This document shows positions 48,129 through 60,062 of a stretch of 64,000 bases of DNA, one piece after another; the stretch's first letter is position 1; each line of letters starts with the position of its first letter. This stretch comes from an uncultured Desulfatitalea sp. GTDB lineage: Bacteria; Desulfobacterota; Desulfobacteria; Desulfobacterales; Desulfosarcinaceae. The position numbers and the translations under genes were made by a program. Where the stretch lies: the NCBI GenBank assembly GCA_963668675.2, contig CAXXMB010000002.1, positions 1,952,001 to 2,016,000 of the forward strand, written 5' to 3'. The notes under the pieces were generated by a model. That model was not told where the DNA came from, made no database searches, and worked only from the letters and a program-made list of their open reading frames with translations.

Positions 48129-48944
48129 CTATCCTTCCAATCGTATTTTAAGGCCCGTCAAAAGATCCTCCCTGCCGGTTGCGTAGAGCCGGTCCAGGAA
48201 GGCCACGAAAAAGCTGCCCGGCTGATCGCTCGATGCGATGGCCAGGTCGGCGCAGCGTCCGTAAAAGGCAAATGCGGCCGTCACCGCCTCCAGTGGCGTT
48301 GCCGGATCAACGGCACAGAAAGCGCCCGAAATAGCCGACAGGCCGCACCCGATACCGGTGACCCGCGTCATCAGGGGCTGCCCGTTGCCGACGCGAAACA
48401 CCCGCTCGCCGTCCGTGATGCAATCCTCTTCACCGGAGATGGCGATGATGCAGCCAAGCGTCCGGGCCATCGCCTTGGCCATCGGCACAATCTCTTCGGA
48501 GAGGGAGAGGGAGGAGTCCACGCCTTTGGTTTTAATCTCTTCTGATCCGAGTGAAAGGATCTCCGAGGCGTTGCCGCGCAGCACCGATATGGAACAGCGC
48601 TCCATGATGCGTTTGACGGCGTCGGTGCGCAAGCGGGTGGCGCCAGCGCCGACCGGATCGAGGATGACCGGAATACCGGCCGCATTGGCCGCACGGCCGG
48701 CCAGAATCATGACTTCCACCCAATCCGCCTGCAAGGTGCCGATATTGAGGACCAGCGCACCAGCCATGGCGGTCATCTCTTCCACCTCATCCGGGCTGTG
48801 GGCCATGACCGGCGACGCCCCCACGGCCAGAAGTATATTGGCCGAGCTGTTCATCACCACGAAGTTGGTGATGTTGTGAATCAGGGGCGCCTGCTGCTTG
48901 ATCCGATCCAGCGCGTCGGCGGTGTAGGTCGACATGTCGGCCAT
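48129..48944 (-). CDS. thiM: Hydroxyethylthiazole kinase
   Basis: PLIHNITNFV, GASPVMA, NIGTL, DPVGAGA, RGNASEI, TGIGC. Confidence 0.95.
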   Translation of the reverse strand: MADMSTYTADALDRIKQQAPLIHNITNFVVMNSSANILLAVGASPVMAHSPDEVEEMTAMAGALVLNIGTLQADWVEVMILAGRAANAAGIPVILDPVGAGATRLRTDAVKRIMERCSISVLRGNASEILSLGSEEIKTKGVDSSLSLSEEIVPMAKAMARTLGCIIAISGEEDCITDGERVFRVGNGQPLMTRVTGIGCGLSAISGAFCAVDPATPLEAVTAAFAFYGRCADLAIASSDQPGSFFVAFLDRLYATGREDLLTGLKIRLEG

Positions 48945-48986
48945 AGCGTTGATCCTCGCTTCAATGCTCTTTTCTCTTGGGTCACG

Positions 48987-49589
48987 TCACCCCACCAGCC
49001 CCGCTCCGGCGGCCTTGACCCTCTCCAGCAGTTCGCTGTCGCCGGCAGCCGCCTTGCGATCGATCTCCGCGCCATACTGGTGAAGAAATTCGTACTTCTC
49101 GACCCCCAGCGCGAATGGCACCAGGTGCAGCCATTCGTCCAGGTTCTTGTAAAAGTGCGGGAAAACCGGCGTCGGCTCCGGATCGCCGCGGGAGATGATA
49201 AAGAGCGCCCGCTTCCCCTTGGGAAAGGTGGAATTGACCGTCGACGCCCCGGTCTTGGGGTCCTTGCCCATCTCGATAAAACTGTAGAGCCGGTCCACCA
49301 GCATCTTGAACTGGGACGCCACGTGAAACCAGTAGACAGGGGTTCCCATCACAATGGCGTCATAGGTGGCCATCTCCTGCATCAGCGGGGTCAGACCATC
49401 TTTTTGTACGCATCGCCCCAACTGCTTCTTGCACCCCTCACACCCCAGGCAGCCCTTCATTTCAAGCTCTCTCAGGTGAACCAGATGCGTCCGGGCGCCG
49501 CGCTCTTCGGCCCCCTTCAACGCCGTTTCAACCAATGTTTGTGTGTTGGCGCCTCTCCGCGGGCTGGCGTTGATCCCGATGACCTTCAT
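48987..49589 (-). CDS. Flavodoxin family / iron-sulfur flavoprotein
   Basis: ASPRRGANT, CLGCEGC, GTPVYW. Confidence 0.88.
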   Translation of the reverse strand: MKVIGINASPRRGANTQTLVETALKGAEERGARTHLVHLRELEMKGCLGCEGCKKQLGRCVQKDGLTPLMQEMATYDAIVMGTPVYWFHVASQFKMLVDRLYSFIEMGKDPKTGASTVNSTFPKGKRALFIISRGDPEPTPVFPHFYKNLDEWLHLVPFALGVEKYEFLHQYGAEIDRKAAAGDSELLERVKAAGAGLVG

Positions 49590-49632
49590 CTCTGCTCCTT
49601 TCAACCGTTTCTCTCCACACAGCGGTAGACCA

Positions 49633-52299
49633 TTATGTACGTGAAGCGTTTGCTTCGTCAAGCACCTTGCGCACCGTTTTGGAAAGGTCCTCCCTGGCAA
49701 TCGGTTTCATGGCCACGGCCTTGATCCCCAGGGCCTGAACCTGTTCATCCGACAACTTCTTGCTGAAGCCGGTGCAAATAATCACCGGCAGTTCTGGGCG
49801 TATCTTCATCACTTCAGCGGCCAGCCTGTCCCCGGTCATCTGTGGCATGGTCATGTCGGTGATGACCATATCGAAATCGTTCGGTGCGGCACGAAAATAG
49901 GCCAGGGCATCCATGCTGCTGGTGAAAGTTGTGACCGTGTAACCCATTCGCTCCAGAATCTGGCTGGCCATGCGGGTAATCGAGCGTTCGTCATCGACAA
50001 AGAGAATGCGCTCGGTTCCGGTTTGGATATCGCTGCTCTGCGGCACGCGCTGGGCGGTTTCACTCTTGATGGCAGGCAGGTAGACGGTGAACGTGGTGCC
50101 CGCGTTCGCGCTGCTCTCCACCTTGATGTCGCCCCCGCACTCCTTGACGATGCCGTGCACCACTGAGAGTCCCAAACCGGTGCCTTCGCCTGGCGGCTTG
50201 GTGGTAAAGTAGGGTTCGAAGATAAAGGGTTGGATCTCCTCGGGGATGCCCTTGCCCGTATCGGTGATGGTAATCTTCAGATACTCACCCGGCTCGATGC
50301 CGGACGGGTTGCCGGGATCGAATTTGGTAAAGGTATGATTGGTAAGATAAACATCGAGCCGCCCGCCATCATCCTCCATGGCGTGGGCGGCATTGGTGCA
50401 CAGGTTCATGAAAATCTGGTGGATCTGGGTTGGATCCGCCATGACCAGGCTTTGCGTGTCGAAGCGGTATTGGATCTCGATGGTGGCGGGCAGGGTCGAG
50501 CGCAACAGTTTCATCACCTCGTTTGCGATGATGCTCACTTTGAGAGGCTTCAGATCCTGGTTGGCCTGGCGGGCAAAGGTCAGGATCTGTGCTACCAGAT
50601 CCCTGGCCCGCATGGCGGCGGTGTGGATTTCGACGAGGTTCCGTGAAAGATCGGACCCCTTCGCCACCTCGTCCAGGGAGAGCTCGGAGTAGCCGATGAT
50701 GGCCGACAATATGTTATTGAAGTCGTGGGCGATGCCGCCGGCCAACGTTCCGATGGCCTCCATCTTCTGCGACTGCTGGAGCTGACCCTCGAGCCGTTTG
50801 AATTCCGTGACATCCGTGGCGATCTGCAACCGCACCAGTCTTCCGTCCACCCATTCGATGGCCCGGTCGTGATTGATGCACCACTTGCCCGTAACCTCAT
50901 TGAGGCCCTGCCAGACATAGGTGCCGGTCGGGCGCCCCTCCCCATCGACCAACTTGTCATTGGTGCAGTGGGCGCACGGCGCCTTCTCCTTGAAAACCTG
51001 CCAGCAAACCTTTCCCGTGAAATCACCCCCAAAGCTTTCGATCATCTGTTTGTTCATGAAAAGGATTTCATAGCTCTGCATATCGACGACATAAATGGTG
51101 GCGTCGATGCTGTCGAGAACCGTTAAAAAGCGCTGGTGGGCATGCGCGATCTCTGCTTCCGCCTTTTTGCGGTCGGTAATATCGAGGGCCGTAAAGGTGA
51201 TCCCTTCGGCCCAATCTTGCGGATTGATGGGTGTCGAACTGAGCAGCACATCGATGATCTCCCCCTTTTTGTTACGCCACTGCGTCTCCACCGTACCGAT
51301 TCCCTTGGCTTTGATCTGCCGGTATTTCTGCTCTCCGACATACTCGAACGCCTCCTGACTGGGATAGAGGACCCTGGCGCTGTGGTCGATCAGCTCCTCT
51401 CTGCTGTAACCCAACATATCACACAAGCGTTGGTTGGCCTGCACGATGACGCGGTCGCACACCATGCCGATGCCGATAGAGGCCGCGCTGAAAATGCTTC
51501 TCAGGGTACTTTCACGCTGCCTTAGTTCCCGTTCACTCTCCAGTCGCTGGGTAATATCGGAAACAATATGAACGATACCGTCGATGGTCCGGCCGTCCCT
51601 GGTGATCGGATCGGCGGTGATTTCGAACCAGCGCCCCCCGATCTGTGCCCGCTCGGTGGCGCGCTGCATATTTTTAATTGTGGTCCGTAGCGGGCAGTTG
51701 TCGATATGGGCGTCGTTACCGTGGATCACCTCATAGCACTTGCGTCCGACGATCTCTTCAATGGGGTGCCCGAAAACTTCGCTGGTGACACGGTTGACCT
51801 GAACGATGTTCCAATCCACATCAAGGACGGCGATGGAGTCGTTAACGGCATCGAAGGTGGCCTGCCAGAGCAGTGCGGAGGCTTGGAGGGCCTCTTGTGC
51901 CTGGGTCTCATGGGTGACGTCATGGGCAACGGCCAGAGTGATCCCCTTGTCGGGAACGGGCCGCGCCACCCAACGCAACCATCGATAGTTACCATCCAGG
52001 CAACAGAATCTGTTTTTCAAACCGATGACCTTCTCGCCCCTGCGAAGGAGATCTGCGATGGCGTGCCGGGTGCTTTCCAGGTCGTCCGGATGGATGAAGT
52101 CGAAAACCGCTTTTCCCACCAAGGCTTCCGTTTCGTGCCCGAGGCTTTCGGTGAAGGCCGGGTTGACTTTCACAAAGCGGCTGCTTTGAATATCGATAAT
52201 GCAGATCATGTCGATCGACATGTTGAACAGCAGGTTGAGCTCCTCCTCCAACACTTTGATTTTGCGATCCATTGCTTCGAATGTTACCTGTCGGCTCAT
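49633..52299 (-). CDS. Multi-PAS hybrid sensor histidine kinase/response regulator
   Basis: PAS repeats, [26 protein letters not shown]-terminal receiver. Confidence 0.95.
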   Translation of the reverse strand: MSRQVTFEAMDRKIKVLEEELNLLFNMSIDMICIIDIQSSRFVKVNPAFTESLGHETEALVGKAVFDFIHPDDLESTRHAIADLLRRGEKVIGLKNRFCCLDGNYRWLRWVARPVPDKGITLAVAHDVTHETQAQEALQASALLWQATFDAVNDSIAVLDVDWNIVQVNRVTSEVFGHPIEEIVGRKCYEVIHGNDAHIDNCPLRTTIKNMQRATERAQIGGRWFEITADPITRDGRTIDGIVHIVSDITQRLESERELRQRESTLRSIFSAASIGIGMVCDRVIVQANQRLCDMLGYSREELIDHSARVLYPSQEAFEYVGEQKYRQIKAKGIGTVETQWRNKKGEIIDVLLSSTPINPQDWAEGITFTALDITDRKKAEAEIAHAHQRFLTVLDSIDATIYVVDMQSYEILFMNKQMIESFGGDFTGKVCWQVFKEKAPCAHCTNDKLVDGEGRPTGTYVWQGLNEVTGKWCINHDRAIEWVDGRLVRLQIATDVTEFKRLEGQLQQSQKMEAIGTLAGGIAHDFNNILSAIIGYSELSLDEVAKGSDLSRNLVEIHTAAMRARDLVAQILTFARQANQDLKPLKVSIIANEVMKLLRSTLPATIEIQYRFDTQSLVMADPTQIHQIFMNLCTNAAHAMEDDGGRLDVYLTNHTFTKFDPGNPSGIEPGEYLKITITDTGKGIPEEIQPFIFEPYFTTKPPGEGTGLGLSVVHGIVKECGGDIKVESSANAGTTFTVYLPAIKSETAQRVPQSSDIQTGTERILFVDDERSITRMASQILERMGYTVTTFTSSMDALAYFRAAPNDFDMVITDMTMPQMTGDRLAAEVMKIRPELPVIICTGFSKKLSDEQVQALGIKAVAMKPIAREDLSKTVRKVLDEANASRT

Positions 52300-52570
52300 C
52301 GCCTCTCCGCTATCGACAACGCTTTACGCGCCTGTCCGGCCACCGCTGCCTGCAGGTGGCAATTGTTGCTGTTAAGGATGGGTTTTGGAGCGGGATGTCC
52401 AGGCGAGAATTGAAGGAAGAGCGTGGGAGTGACCTGAGTTCGTGAATCCTATCAAAGCTTGTCCAGTCCCAAACTCACCTTCCAAAGCAGGGGGGTTCCA
52501 CCCAATGAAAATGAAGCGGTCAATTTTATTAACCCGGTTTATTCACCCGGCAACTAAAGATATCAACAGA

Positions 52571-52634
52571 CGTCATTCTGGCGAAAGCCGGAATCCATGT
52601 ATTGACTGGATCCGGGATCAACTCCGGGATGACG
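52571..52634. repeat. CGTC-type REP-like palindromic repeat
   Basis: CGTCATTCTGGCGAAAGCCGGAATCCA...TGGATCCGGGATCAACTCCGGGATGACG. Confidence 0.7.
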
Positions 52635-52792
52635 AAGGTTTGCCTGTCTAATAGCCTGAGCTTAACTCGGGTTCGATTTGAACCAGTTCAATCTGGTCCG
52701 CCCTGATCCACCCTGATCCAATCGACCACTTCGCTACAGTGTTATAAAATCATAGCGAGGCCATGTTGGCAACTCCTCATTTGGCGTGAATC

Positions 52793-53707
52793 CTAAGCCA
52801 GGGCGATCATCTGTTCGACGGCCTTGAGAGCGGGTAGACGAATCTTTTCGGGCACCTTCACTTCACCCTCCATGTGCGCAAGACTTCGGTGCACATCTTC
52901 GAGTTTGATCTTCTTCATGTCCTGGCAGATCAACTTGGTTGAGGCCGGGTAGAAGCGTTTGTCCGGATTGGCCTTCTGCAGCGGATGAAGCAATCCCTGT
53001 TCGGTTCCGATGAGAAACGTCTTCTCTTGGGCCTCGGCCACATGGCGCAGCATGCCCGAGGTGCTGGTGATCACATCGGCCATGCGAAGTATTTCCGGCC
53101 GGCATTCGGGATGGGCAAGAAAAACGGCCTCGGGATGCTCGGCGCGGGCCTTGTTAACATCCTCCGGTGTGAGCCACTCATGGGTGGGGCAGTACCCATC
53201 CCAGAGATGGATCTTCTTTCCGGTCTGGGAAGCGGCATACATGGCCAGGTTGCGGTCCGGGGTCAACAGCATCTCGTCGGCCTCCAGGCTGTTGACCACC
53301 TTCACCACATTGGCCGAAGTGCAGCAGACGGTGGAGAGGGCCTTGACCTCGGCGGTCGAGTTGACATAGGTCACCACCGGCATGGGGGGCAGGCTCTCCA
53401 TTTTGGCTTTGAGAGCGTCGGCCGTGATCATGTCGGCCATGGGGCAGCCGGCATCCTGGCGCGGCAGCAGGACCGTTTTCTGCGGTGAGAGGATCGAGGC
53501 GGTTTCAGCCATGAAGTGGACGCCGCAGAAGACAATCACCTCGGCGTCGGTTTGAGCCGCCTTGCGGCTCAGCTCCAGGGAGTCGCCACACAGGTCGGCG
53601 ATGTCCTGGATCTCAGGCGATTGATAGTTATGGGCCAAGATGATGGCGTTGCGCTCGGCGGCCAGGGCTTTGATCCGGGCGGCCAGTTCACTCTGTTCGG
53701 GACTCAT
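52793..53707 (-). CDS. nadA: Quinolinate synthase
   Basis: LAHNYQ, FCGVHFMAE, AGCPMAD, YVNS, HPEC. Confidence 0.96.
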   Translation of the reverse strand: MSPEQSELAARIKALAAERNAIILAHNYQSPEIQDIADLCGDSLELSRKAAQTDAEVIVFCGVHFMAETASILSPQKTVLLPRQDAGCPMADMITADALKAKMESLPPMPVVTYVNSTAEVKALSTVCCTSANVVKVVNSLEADEMLLTPDRNLAMYAASQTGKKIHLWDGYCPTHEWLTPEDVNKARAEHPEAVFLAHPECRPEILRMADVITSTSGMLRHVAEAQEKTFLIGTEQGLLHPLQKANPDKRFYPASTKLICQDMKKIKLEDVHRSLAHMEGEVKVPEKIRLPALKAVEQMIALA

Positions 53708-53741
53708 CTCTCACGACTCTCTTTCCGGCTGTTGGATGGCG

Positions 53742-54419
53742 CTAAAATTGATCCATCTGCACCACATCCACCCCTTCGGGGATATCAAAATCAAACAGGT
53801 TGTCTTCCGGATCGATGTTGAACCGGTAATCGCTCAATACGATGCGCGTTTCGTCGCCATAGGCGTTGTGGGTGATGACTTGATCGATCCGATAGGTGTG
53901 TTTGTCGACCGAGAGAACGATGTCGGCCAACTCCTGTTGGGGTTGATGGGGGATCAGTTTCAAGCGGTAGTAAGTGTCATTTTCGGCCGGCTGCTGTTCA
54001 ATGGTGAAGCTTTTGCGGATCAGGCGGATATCGGACAGAAACCCCGCCCCCCGGCCGTGTCCGAAAAAAGCGGGCGCCTTGCCCAGCATCACCTGGTTGT
54101 CGGCCGGACGGTAGATCCACATGGTCTTGCCGTCGGTGATGATGCTTTGGGGTTCTGGAATGGTGTACTCCCAGCGCATCTTGCCCGGACGCTTGACCGT
54201 CAGTCGCCCTTCGGCCGTGTCGGAAATCTGCATCGCCTTTAGCATCGACTCCTGAAAAAAAGAGGCCGAGAAGCCCAAGCCGGCATAACGCTGTTCGACG
54301 CCCTTGAGAATGTGCTCCACTTTGGCTGAACCGCTATCGGCAGGCGTTGCCGCACCCGGCAGCCCACACAAGAGCATGAACGCCACCCCCAGAAACAACC
54401 CCCATTGCAATCGGCCCAT
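53742..54419 (-). CDS. lolA: Outer-membrane lipoprotein carrier LolA family
   Basis: Signal peptide, KRPGKMRWEY..P, DGKTMWIY, FDFDIPEGVDV. Confidence 0.9.
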   Translation of the reverse strand: MGRLQWGLFLGVAFMLLCGLPGAATPADSGSAKVEHILKGVEQRYAGLGFSASFFQESMLKAMQISDTAEGRLTVKRPGKMRWEYTIPEPQSIITDGKTMWIYRPADNQVMLGKAPAFFGHGRGAGFLSDIRLIRKSFTIEQQPAENDTYYRLKLIPHQPQQELADIVLSVDKHTYRIDQVITHNAYGDETRIVLSDYRFNIDPEDNLFDFDIPEGVDVVQMDQF

Positions 54420-54540
54420 CGCTTTGCCTCCATCGTCGGATCATATTCTGGCAAACGGTTAAAAAGAGTATCATTAGGGAACTTATAGCGTTTTGTAAAT
54501 AGGATTCCCGCAGAAATGCCCGCGACAGCCCACCAAAAGT

Positions 54541-55446
54541 TCAACTGAACATACGAACCAGATCGCTCATCTGTCGATCAGCCGGCTGGTCGGCGGCATC
54601 CAGCGCCAGCTCCGCAGGTTGCTGAAAAAAGAGGGTTTTCCCGTATAGCAACTGGCAAAGGCGGTCGGTCAAACGCATCTGCTCCCGCCACTGCGCAATG
54701 CTGCCGTGGGCGACACGAGCCCCCTGGAGCATCAGCGTCTCCATGTTGCTGGTTTGCCGCAGACGCTCAAAACGTTCGGCTTTGCAAAGCGCCTGAAAAT
54801 AAAAATGTTTTTTGGCAACGAGGAAGGCAAATGGCTCCTCGTCTGGCTCAATCTCCGCCAGGATGGAGGTGAGAAACGCAAAGCTGGCGTCAACATCCTC
54901 TTCTGACCAGTGGAAGCGGGCCAGGAACCGTTCGACAAGAACGATCTGAACAGGGTGCCAGGAGAGACGAAGCTGGCGCAGGCGCGCGCGAATCCGAGGC
55001 AATGCTTCAGGGGCGGCCACCCTTGCCAGCATGGCACCCAGGGGCGAAGTGGGTTGCCAGGTCATGTTCAGCCTCTGAACAAATGCGGTCAAGGCAAAAT
55101 CAGGCACCTGGAACTTAAGGGGTGAAGATTCGCCGGGTACTCGAATAGCGGCCACCACAGCACTCCGGACGAGGGATTGGACCAGGTCGGCTTCTTCCCG
55201 GTCCGAAAAAATATGGTCGCCGAAGCGGCATTCAAAGTCGAGGCGCATGTCGCTGTCGGGGAAAAAAAGCAATTCCAGAAACGAGGCCGCCTCACTGGAG
55301 GTGGCATCGGCCAGAACGGCCGACAGATCGGCCGATCCGAAGGTGGCCTCCAGATGATCGCTGAGCGACGGATCCAACCGGATACCTTCTTGCAGCACCT
55401 GCCGTGCCCACCGGGCCAGCGCCATCAATATCGTTGCATTTGCCAT
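54541..55446 (-). CDS. Hypothetical protein
   Basis: About 300-aa ORF co-oriented with neighbours; no motif recognised. Confidence 0.7.
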   Translation of the reverse strand: MANATILMALARWARQVLQEGIRLDPSLSDHLEATFGSADLSAVLADATSSEAASFLELLFFPDSDMRLDFECRFGDHIFSDREEADLVQSLVRSAVVAAIRVPGESSPLKFQVPDFALTAFVQRLNMTWQPTSPLGAMLARVAAPEALPRIRARLRQLRLSWHPVQIVLVERFLARFHWSEEDVDASFAFLTSILAEIEPDEEPFAFLVAKKHFYFQALCKAERFERLRQTSNMETLMLQGARVAHGSIAQWREQMRLTDRLCQLLYGKTLFFQQPAELALDAADQPADRQMSDLVRMFS

Positions 55447-55521
55447 AATAGGGCAACATAGCAAAAGGGCACCGCTTTGGCCAGACAGGGGGATAGGATG
55501 GCCGAAGACGAGGGAGATCGG

Positions 55522-55839
55522 CTATTTCTGCACAAAGGCCTCGATGGCGCCGAACTGGGTTTTGAGCTTCTCCACGGCTTGTCCGATATCTTCCAGCTTG
55601 TTGTTCATGGCACTCTCCTCGATCGAGGAGGCAACCTCGCTGACCTCGAGCAATCCCAGATTTCCCGACGCGCCTTTGATGGTGTGGGCACAGCGGCGCA
55701 CTGTATCGGCGTCCCCGGCGGCGACGCCCTCCAACAGCTTTTGATAGTCAGCCCCCCCGGACTCGATGAACAGATCGATCAGTTCGCGATACTCCTCTTC
55801 ATCAAGGCCCAATTGCTCTCCAAGCGCCTTAAAGTTCAT
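55522..55839 (-). CDS. Hpt phosphotransfer protein
   Basis: AHTIKGASGNLG; follows the hybrid kinase. Confidence 0.92.
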   Translation of the reverse strand: MNFKALGEQLGLDEEEYRELIDLFIESGGADYQKLLEGVAAGDADTVRRCAHTIKGASGNLGLLEVSEVASSIEESAMNNKLEDIGQAVEKLKTQFGAIEAFVQK

Positions 55840-57895
55840 GGCCTCTCCTCTCGAACACATATTTGGTAATCACATCGAACACCCGCTCCCGATTGATGGG
55901 TTTGGTGACATAGTCGTCCATGCCGGCTTCGATGCACATCTCCCGATCGCCTTTCATGGCATGGGCGGTCATGGCCACGATGGGAACCCGGGTATGCCCC
56001 AGCTTACGCAAGTTCTGGGTGGCCTCTTTGCCATCCATTTCCGGCATCTGAACATCCATGAAGATCATATCGAATTTTTCGGGCGATGCATCGTATTTGT
56101 CAACCGCCTCTTTGCCGTTGCCGGCAACCTCCACTTGATATCCGGCCTTACCAAGCATCATCACGGCCAGTTTCTGGTTCACCGGGTTGTCTTCCGCCAA
56201 TAAAATACTGACCGAATGCTTCATGGCCTCGCGCACCGAATATTGGGTGTGCATTTTTCGAGAGCTCTCCTGAGCATCTTCGCCTTTGGCCCCCTCTCCC
56301 AGAAGACGCCCGATCATCTGCAGCAGACGCTCGCGCCGGACGGGCTTTGCCTGAAAACCATCGAATCCGGCGGCCTCGCATTTGGCTGCATCCCGCTCAA
56401 GGGCCGAAGAGAGGGCAATCAGGACCCGGCTGCATCCCTCTGCGCGAAGCTGTTCGGCTACCGCATAGCCGTTCATGTCGGGCATGTCCAAATCTATCAG
56501 GATCACATCGAAGGGCTTGGCGTCTTTTCGGGCTGCCGCCAGTGTCGGCAGCACCTGCTTGCCGCTGTCGATCCCCGCCGTCTCCATACCGGCCACCGCG
56601 AGCATCTGTTCGAGAATGGCGCGTGTCCCGGAGTGGTCGTCAGCCACCAATACCCGCTTGGCATTCAATATGGCAGGGGTCACCCTTGATGGCGGTTCGC
56701 TCACGACTTTGTGCACCCAGGCCGTGAAATGAAAGGTGCTGCCCTTTCCCGGTTCACTCTCCGCCCAGGTGTCGCCACCCATCATGGTGGCGAGCTGCTT
56801 GCAAATCGACAGCCCGAGCCCCGTGCCGCCATATTTTCGTGATGTCGATCCATCGGCCTGCTGGAACGGCTCGAAAACGGCCGCCACTTTATCAGCGGGG
56901 ATGCCGATGCCGGTGTCACGGATCAGGGCATGCAATAGCACCTTCTCTTCGGTCTCCATGTCCATCTGAAGCGAGATGCTGATCTCGCCCTTCTCGGTAA
57001 ACTTTGGGGCGTTGCCCAACAAATTGGTGATGACCTGCCGAAAACGCAGGGGGTCACCCGAAACCAGTGTGGGAATGGTATCACCGATGCTGCAGATCAG
57101 CTCGACCGGCTTGTTGCCGATCTTGGGCCGCACCAGCTCGCAAACATCGTAGACCAGCAGTTCAGGATCGAAGTCGATGGCTTCGAACTCAAGCTCGCCC
57201 GATTCAATCTTGGAAAAGTCGAGAATATCGTTGATCAGCAGCAGCAGTGCTTCTCCGCTGCGTTTGATCGTGTTGGTGTAGTCGGTTTGAACATCGTCGA
57301 GGTGGGTCTCCAGCAACAGATCGGTAAAACCGATGATGCCGTTCATGGGGGTACGGATCTCATGGCTCATGTTGGCCAGAAACTGGCTCTTGGCGCGGCT
57401 GGCCATTTCGGCCGCCTCCTTGGCGTTTTCCAGCTCATGTTCGTTCTCTTTGCGAACGGTGATATCTTCGACCGTTCCGGTATAGTGTCCGCCCTCATCT
57501 GAGAAGACCGGTGAGGCGTAGACATGAATCCATCGGTTGGTCCCTTTGGCACTCACAATGCGGCAGTCGGCCGAAAAGGTCTGCAGCTCATCGGAGGCCG
57601 ATCGCCACTCCTGGGTGATGCGGTCTCGATCCTCCTCGGCCAGGTAGTCATGCCAGCGGGTGGTCAGGCTCTGGACCAGGTTGAGCCCGAAGATCTCCTG
57701 GTAACGCGTATTGGTATAGAGGCAGTTGCCGCTGGTGTCGACTTCGAATACACCGACATGAATGGTTTCGGAGATCAGGCGGAAGCGCTCTTCGCTCTCC
57801 TTCAATGCCTCTTGCGCCCTGCGCGTCTTCTCCTGTTCCGTTTCGAGCGTCTTTACCCGTTTAACCAGATCGATAATGGTTGCCTTGTTTGCCAT
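55829..57895 (-). CDS. PAS hybrid histidine kinase with two receiver domains
   Basis: [40 protein letters not shown]. Confidence 0.95.
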   Translation of the reverse strand: MANKATIIDLVKRVKTLETEQEKTRRAQEALKESEERFRLISETIHVGVFEVDTSGNCLYTNTRYQEIFGLNLVQSLTTRWHDYLAEEDRDRITQEWRSASDELQTFSADCRIVSAKGTNRWIHVYASPVFSDEGGHYTGTVEDITVRKENEHELENAKEAAEMASRAKSQFLANMSHEIRTPMNGIIGFTDLLLETHLDDVQTDYTNTIKRSGEALLLLINDILDFSKIESGELEFEAIDFDPELLVYDVCELVRPKIGNKPVELICSIGDTIPTLVSGDPLRFRQVITNLLGNAPKFTEKGEISISLQMDMETEEKVLLHALIRDTGIGIPADKVAAVFEPFQQADGSTSRKYGGTGLGLSICKQLATMMGGDTWAESEPGKGSTFHFTAWVHKVVSEPPSRVTPAILNAKRVLVADDHSGTRAILEQMLAVAGMETAGIDSGKQVLPTLAAARKDAKPFDVILIDLDMPDMNGYAVAEQLRAEGCSRVLIALSSALERDAAKCEAAGFDGFQAKPVRRERLLQMIGRLLGEGAKGEDAQESSRKMHTQYSVREAMKHSVSILLAEDNPVNQKLAVMMLGKAGYQVEVAGNGKEAVDKYDASPEKFDMIFMDVQMPEMDGKEATQNLRKLGHTRVPIVAMTAHAMKGDREMCIEAGMDDYVTKPINRERVFDVITKYVFERRGHEL

Positions 57896-58214
57896 TGAGA
57901 CGCGATCCTTGCTTGCGTGGTCCTGATAAGTTGACGGCCTCTTTCTATCCTCTTGCATAGATCGACAATATGCCGGCCCTTCAGGCTGCTCTGCCGGGGG
58001 TGGGATCAAAGGGCGGCATTCGTTTCATGCAACCACAGGAGAGAGACCTGGGCAGGTCCCCATATCCCGTCCGGACCGGGCACAACGTATATATCGGTCA
58101 CGGTCCACGCTCACTTTAGGGTTCAAAAGATATTGATTTATTAAACAAAGGGGTCCGTGACAGAAGGGAGCTCATGAAGATCGTCGCGAGACGCAGGGGG
58201 CCGGTAACCAGAGA

Positions 58215-58793
58215 CTATATGTAAGGTGCCATTTTCAGCAACAGTTCATGACGGGGAACTGCGCCGGGAAGCTGCTGTTTCAATTCACCGCCGTCGAAGA
58301 TGAAAAAGGTGGGAACGCTCAAAACACTATACCGGTTGGCCAGGTTGGGGTTGCTTTCGATGTTCAGTTTGCCGACCCTGACTTTCCCTTTGACCTCGGC
58401 AGCCAATTGGTCCACCATCGAGTTGGTGCCGCTGCACACGCTGCACCAGGGTGCCCAGCCATAGAGCAGGACCGGGAGGGGAGAGGCAATGACGGTCTGG
58501 TCGAAATTGGCATCGGTCACCATAACCGGTCTGCCTGTCAGCACCTCCTCGTGCTGCAGGGCGGCACCGCAGCGGCCGCACTTGGCCCCTTGATCTATTT
58601 TTGAGGTCGGTACCCGGTTTTTGGTCCGGCACTGGCCGCAGCGCAGCGTTAACAGTTCATCGGGGGCGTCCCCGGCAGCAGACGCATCCAATGCCTGGTG
58701 GCAGCGGCCGCACTTGGCCTCCTTAGCCGGCTTGTCGGCAGGAATCCGATTTTTTGCGCCGCAATGGCGGCAGGCAACGATTGATGCACTCAT
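58215..58793 (-). CDS. TrxC-like thioredoxin with two N-terminal Zn ribbons
   Basis: CRHC..KNR...CGRC twice; WAPWCSVC; SVPT. Confidence 0.85.
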   Translation of the reverse strand: MSASIVACRHCGAKNRIPADKPAKEAKCGRCHQALDASAAGDAPDELLTLRCGQCRTKNRVPTSKIDQGAKCGRCGAALQHEEVLTGRPVMVTDANFDQTVIASPLPVLLYGWAPWCSVCSGTNSMVDQLAAEVKGKVRVGKLNIESNPNLANRYSVLSVPTFFIFDGGELKQQLPGAVPRHELLLKMAPYI

Positions 58794-58897
58794 GTGCGCT
58801 CCCCATCTGAAGGCAAATATCGGTGCGGACCAGACCGTCGATCCGCGAACGGTATAGTAACAATTTTGACGGCGTTGTAAACAAAGGGTCAATCGGT

Positions 58898-59314
58898 ATG
58901 CACCCCAAGACAGTGTACTTCTTCGATCAGGGCCTCTCTTTCGAATGTCGCCGTTGCGGGACATGCTGCACCGGAGCGTCAGGCACGATCTATGTCGGTC
59001 CGGATGAAATCAGCCCCATTGCAGCACACATCGGTCTCTCCGTTTACGATTTTGCGCAACGCTATCTCTACCCTTACAAAAAGAGCTTCAGTATCAAAGA
59101 GGATTCCCAGGGCAACTGCCTCTTTTTCAACAACGGCTGCGGTATATATCCAGTTCGACCGTTTCAGTGCCGCGCCTTTCCCTTCTGGTTCTGCAACGTA
59201 CGGTCCGAATCGCACTGGCGGGATATCGCAAGGCAATGCCCGGGCATCGGCCATGGAAGGCGCTACTCCCGGGAGGAGATCATCGCCCTGGCCAGAGAGA
59301 CCATGCACATATAG
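58898..59314 (+). CDS. YkgJ family cysteine-cluster protein
   Basis: FECRRCGTCC, CGIYPVRPFQCRAFPFW, CPGIG. Confidence 0.9.
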   Translation: MHPKTVYFFDQGLSFECRRCGTCCTGASGTIYVGPDEISPIAAHIGLSVYDFAQRYLYPYKKSFSIKEDSQGNCLFFNNGCGIYPVRPFQCRAFPFWFCNVRSESHWRDIARQCPGIGHGRRYSREEIIALARETMHI

Positions 59315-59527
59315 CCACAGGCCAACATGTCCACCCAGATCTCCGCCCACATGCCCAACAGAGGCTTGGCCGATATTTCTATTTTCAGCGAGAAAAATCT
59401 AAAGAAAAACGTGAAATTGCCGTTAATCACTATGAACGCTTTTGTGACAGGCATTCATCCGACGGTCGTGGTGACGGCCGGCCTGGCGGAGTCAATTTTG
59501 AGATGGTGAATATTTAGGAGGAATTCA

Positions 59528-59908
59528 ATGGCCTACAAAATACTAACGGTTGATGATAGTAAAACCATCCGTATGATCGTTAAAAAAGCCTTCTCACCCT
59601 ACAATTGTGAATTGTTTGAAGGTGAAAACGGCGTAGAGGGCCTGGCAATTGCCAACAAGGAGAAGCCCGACCTGATCATCCTGGACATTACCATGCCGGT
59701 CATGACCGGTATCGAGATGCTGGCCAAACTCAAATCCGAAAAGGATCTGAAAGCGATCCCGGTGATCATGCTCACCGCAGAGTCGGGCAAAGAGAATGTG
59801 ATGAAGATCGTCAAGATGGGCGTACGCGACTACGTGGTCAAGCCCTTCAAGGGCGACCAGCTCCTCGAACGTGCCAAGGCGATCCTCAAGCTGAAGCCCA
59901 AAGATTAA
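59528..59908 (+). CDS. Single-domain response regulator (CheY-like)
   Basis: VDDS, LDITMP, MLTAE, VKPF. Confidence 0.93.
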   Translation: MAYKILTVDDSKTIRMIVKKAFSPYNCELFEGENGVEGLAIANKEKPDLIILDITMPVMTGIEMLAKLKSEKDLKAIPVIMLTAESGKENVMKIVKMGVRDYVVKPFKGDQLLERAKAILKLKPKD

Positions 59909-59974
59909 GGAGCTTCGGAGATTCACCATCCGGAATCAGCCGGACGCATCATCGCACCGCAACTCCTAAAAAAT

Positions 59975-60009
59975 AAAGGCAGCGTGATTTGAGATCACCC
60001 TGCCTTTTT
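59975..60009 (+). terminator. Intrinsic terminator, possibly bidirectional
   Basis: AAAGGCAG-GTGAT...ATCAC-CTGCCTTTTT stem between convergent genes. Confidence 0.65.
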
Positions 60010-60062
60010 CAATCTGTTGAGGCGCTCACGGCGGAATGGGTGCCGCTCCGGGGCCCCCCGGT

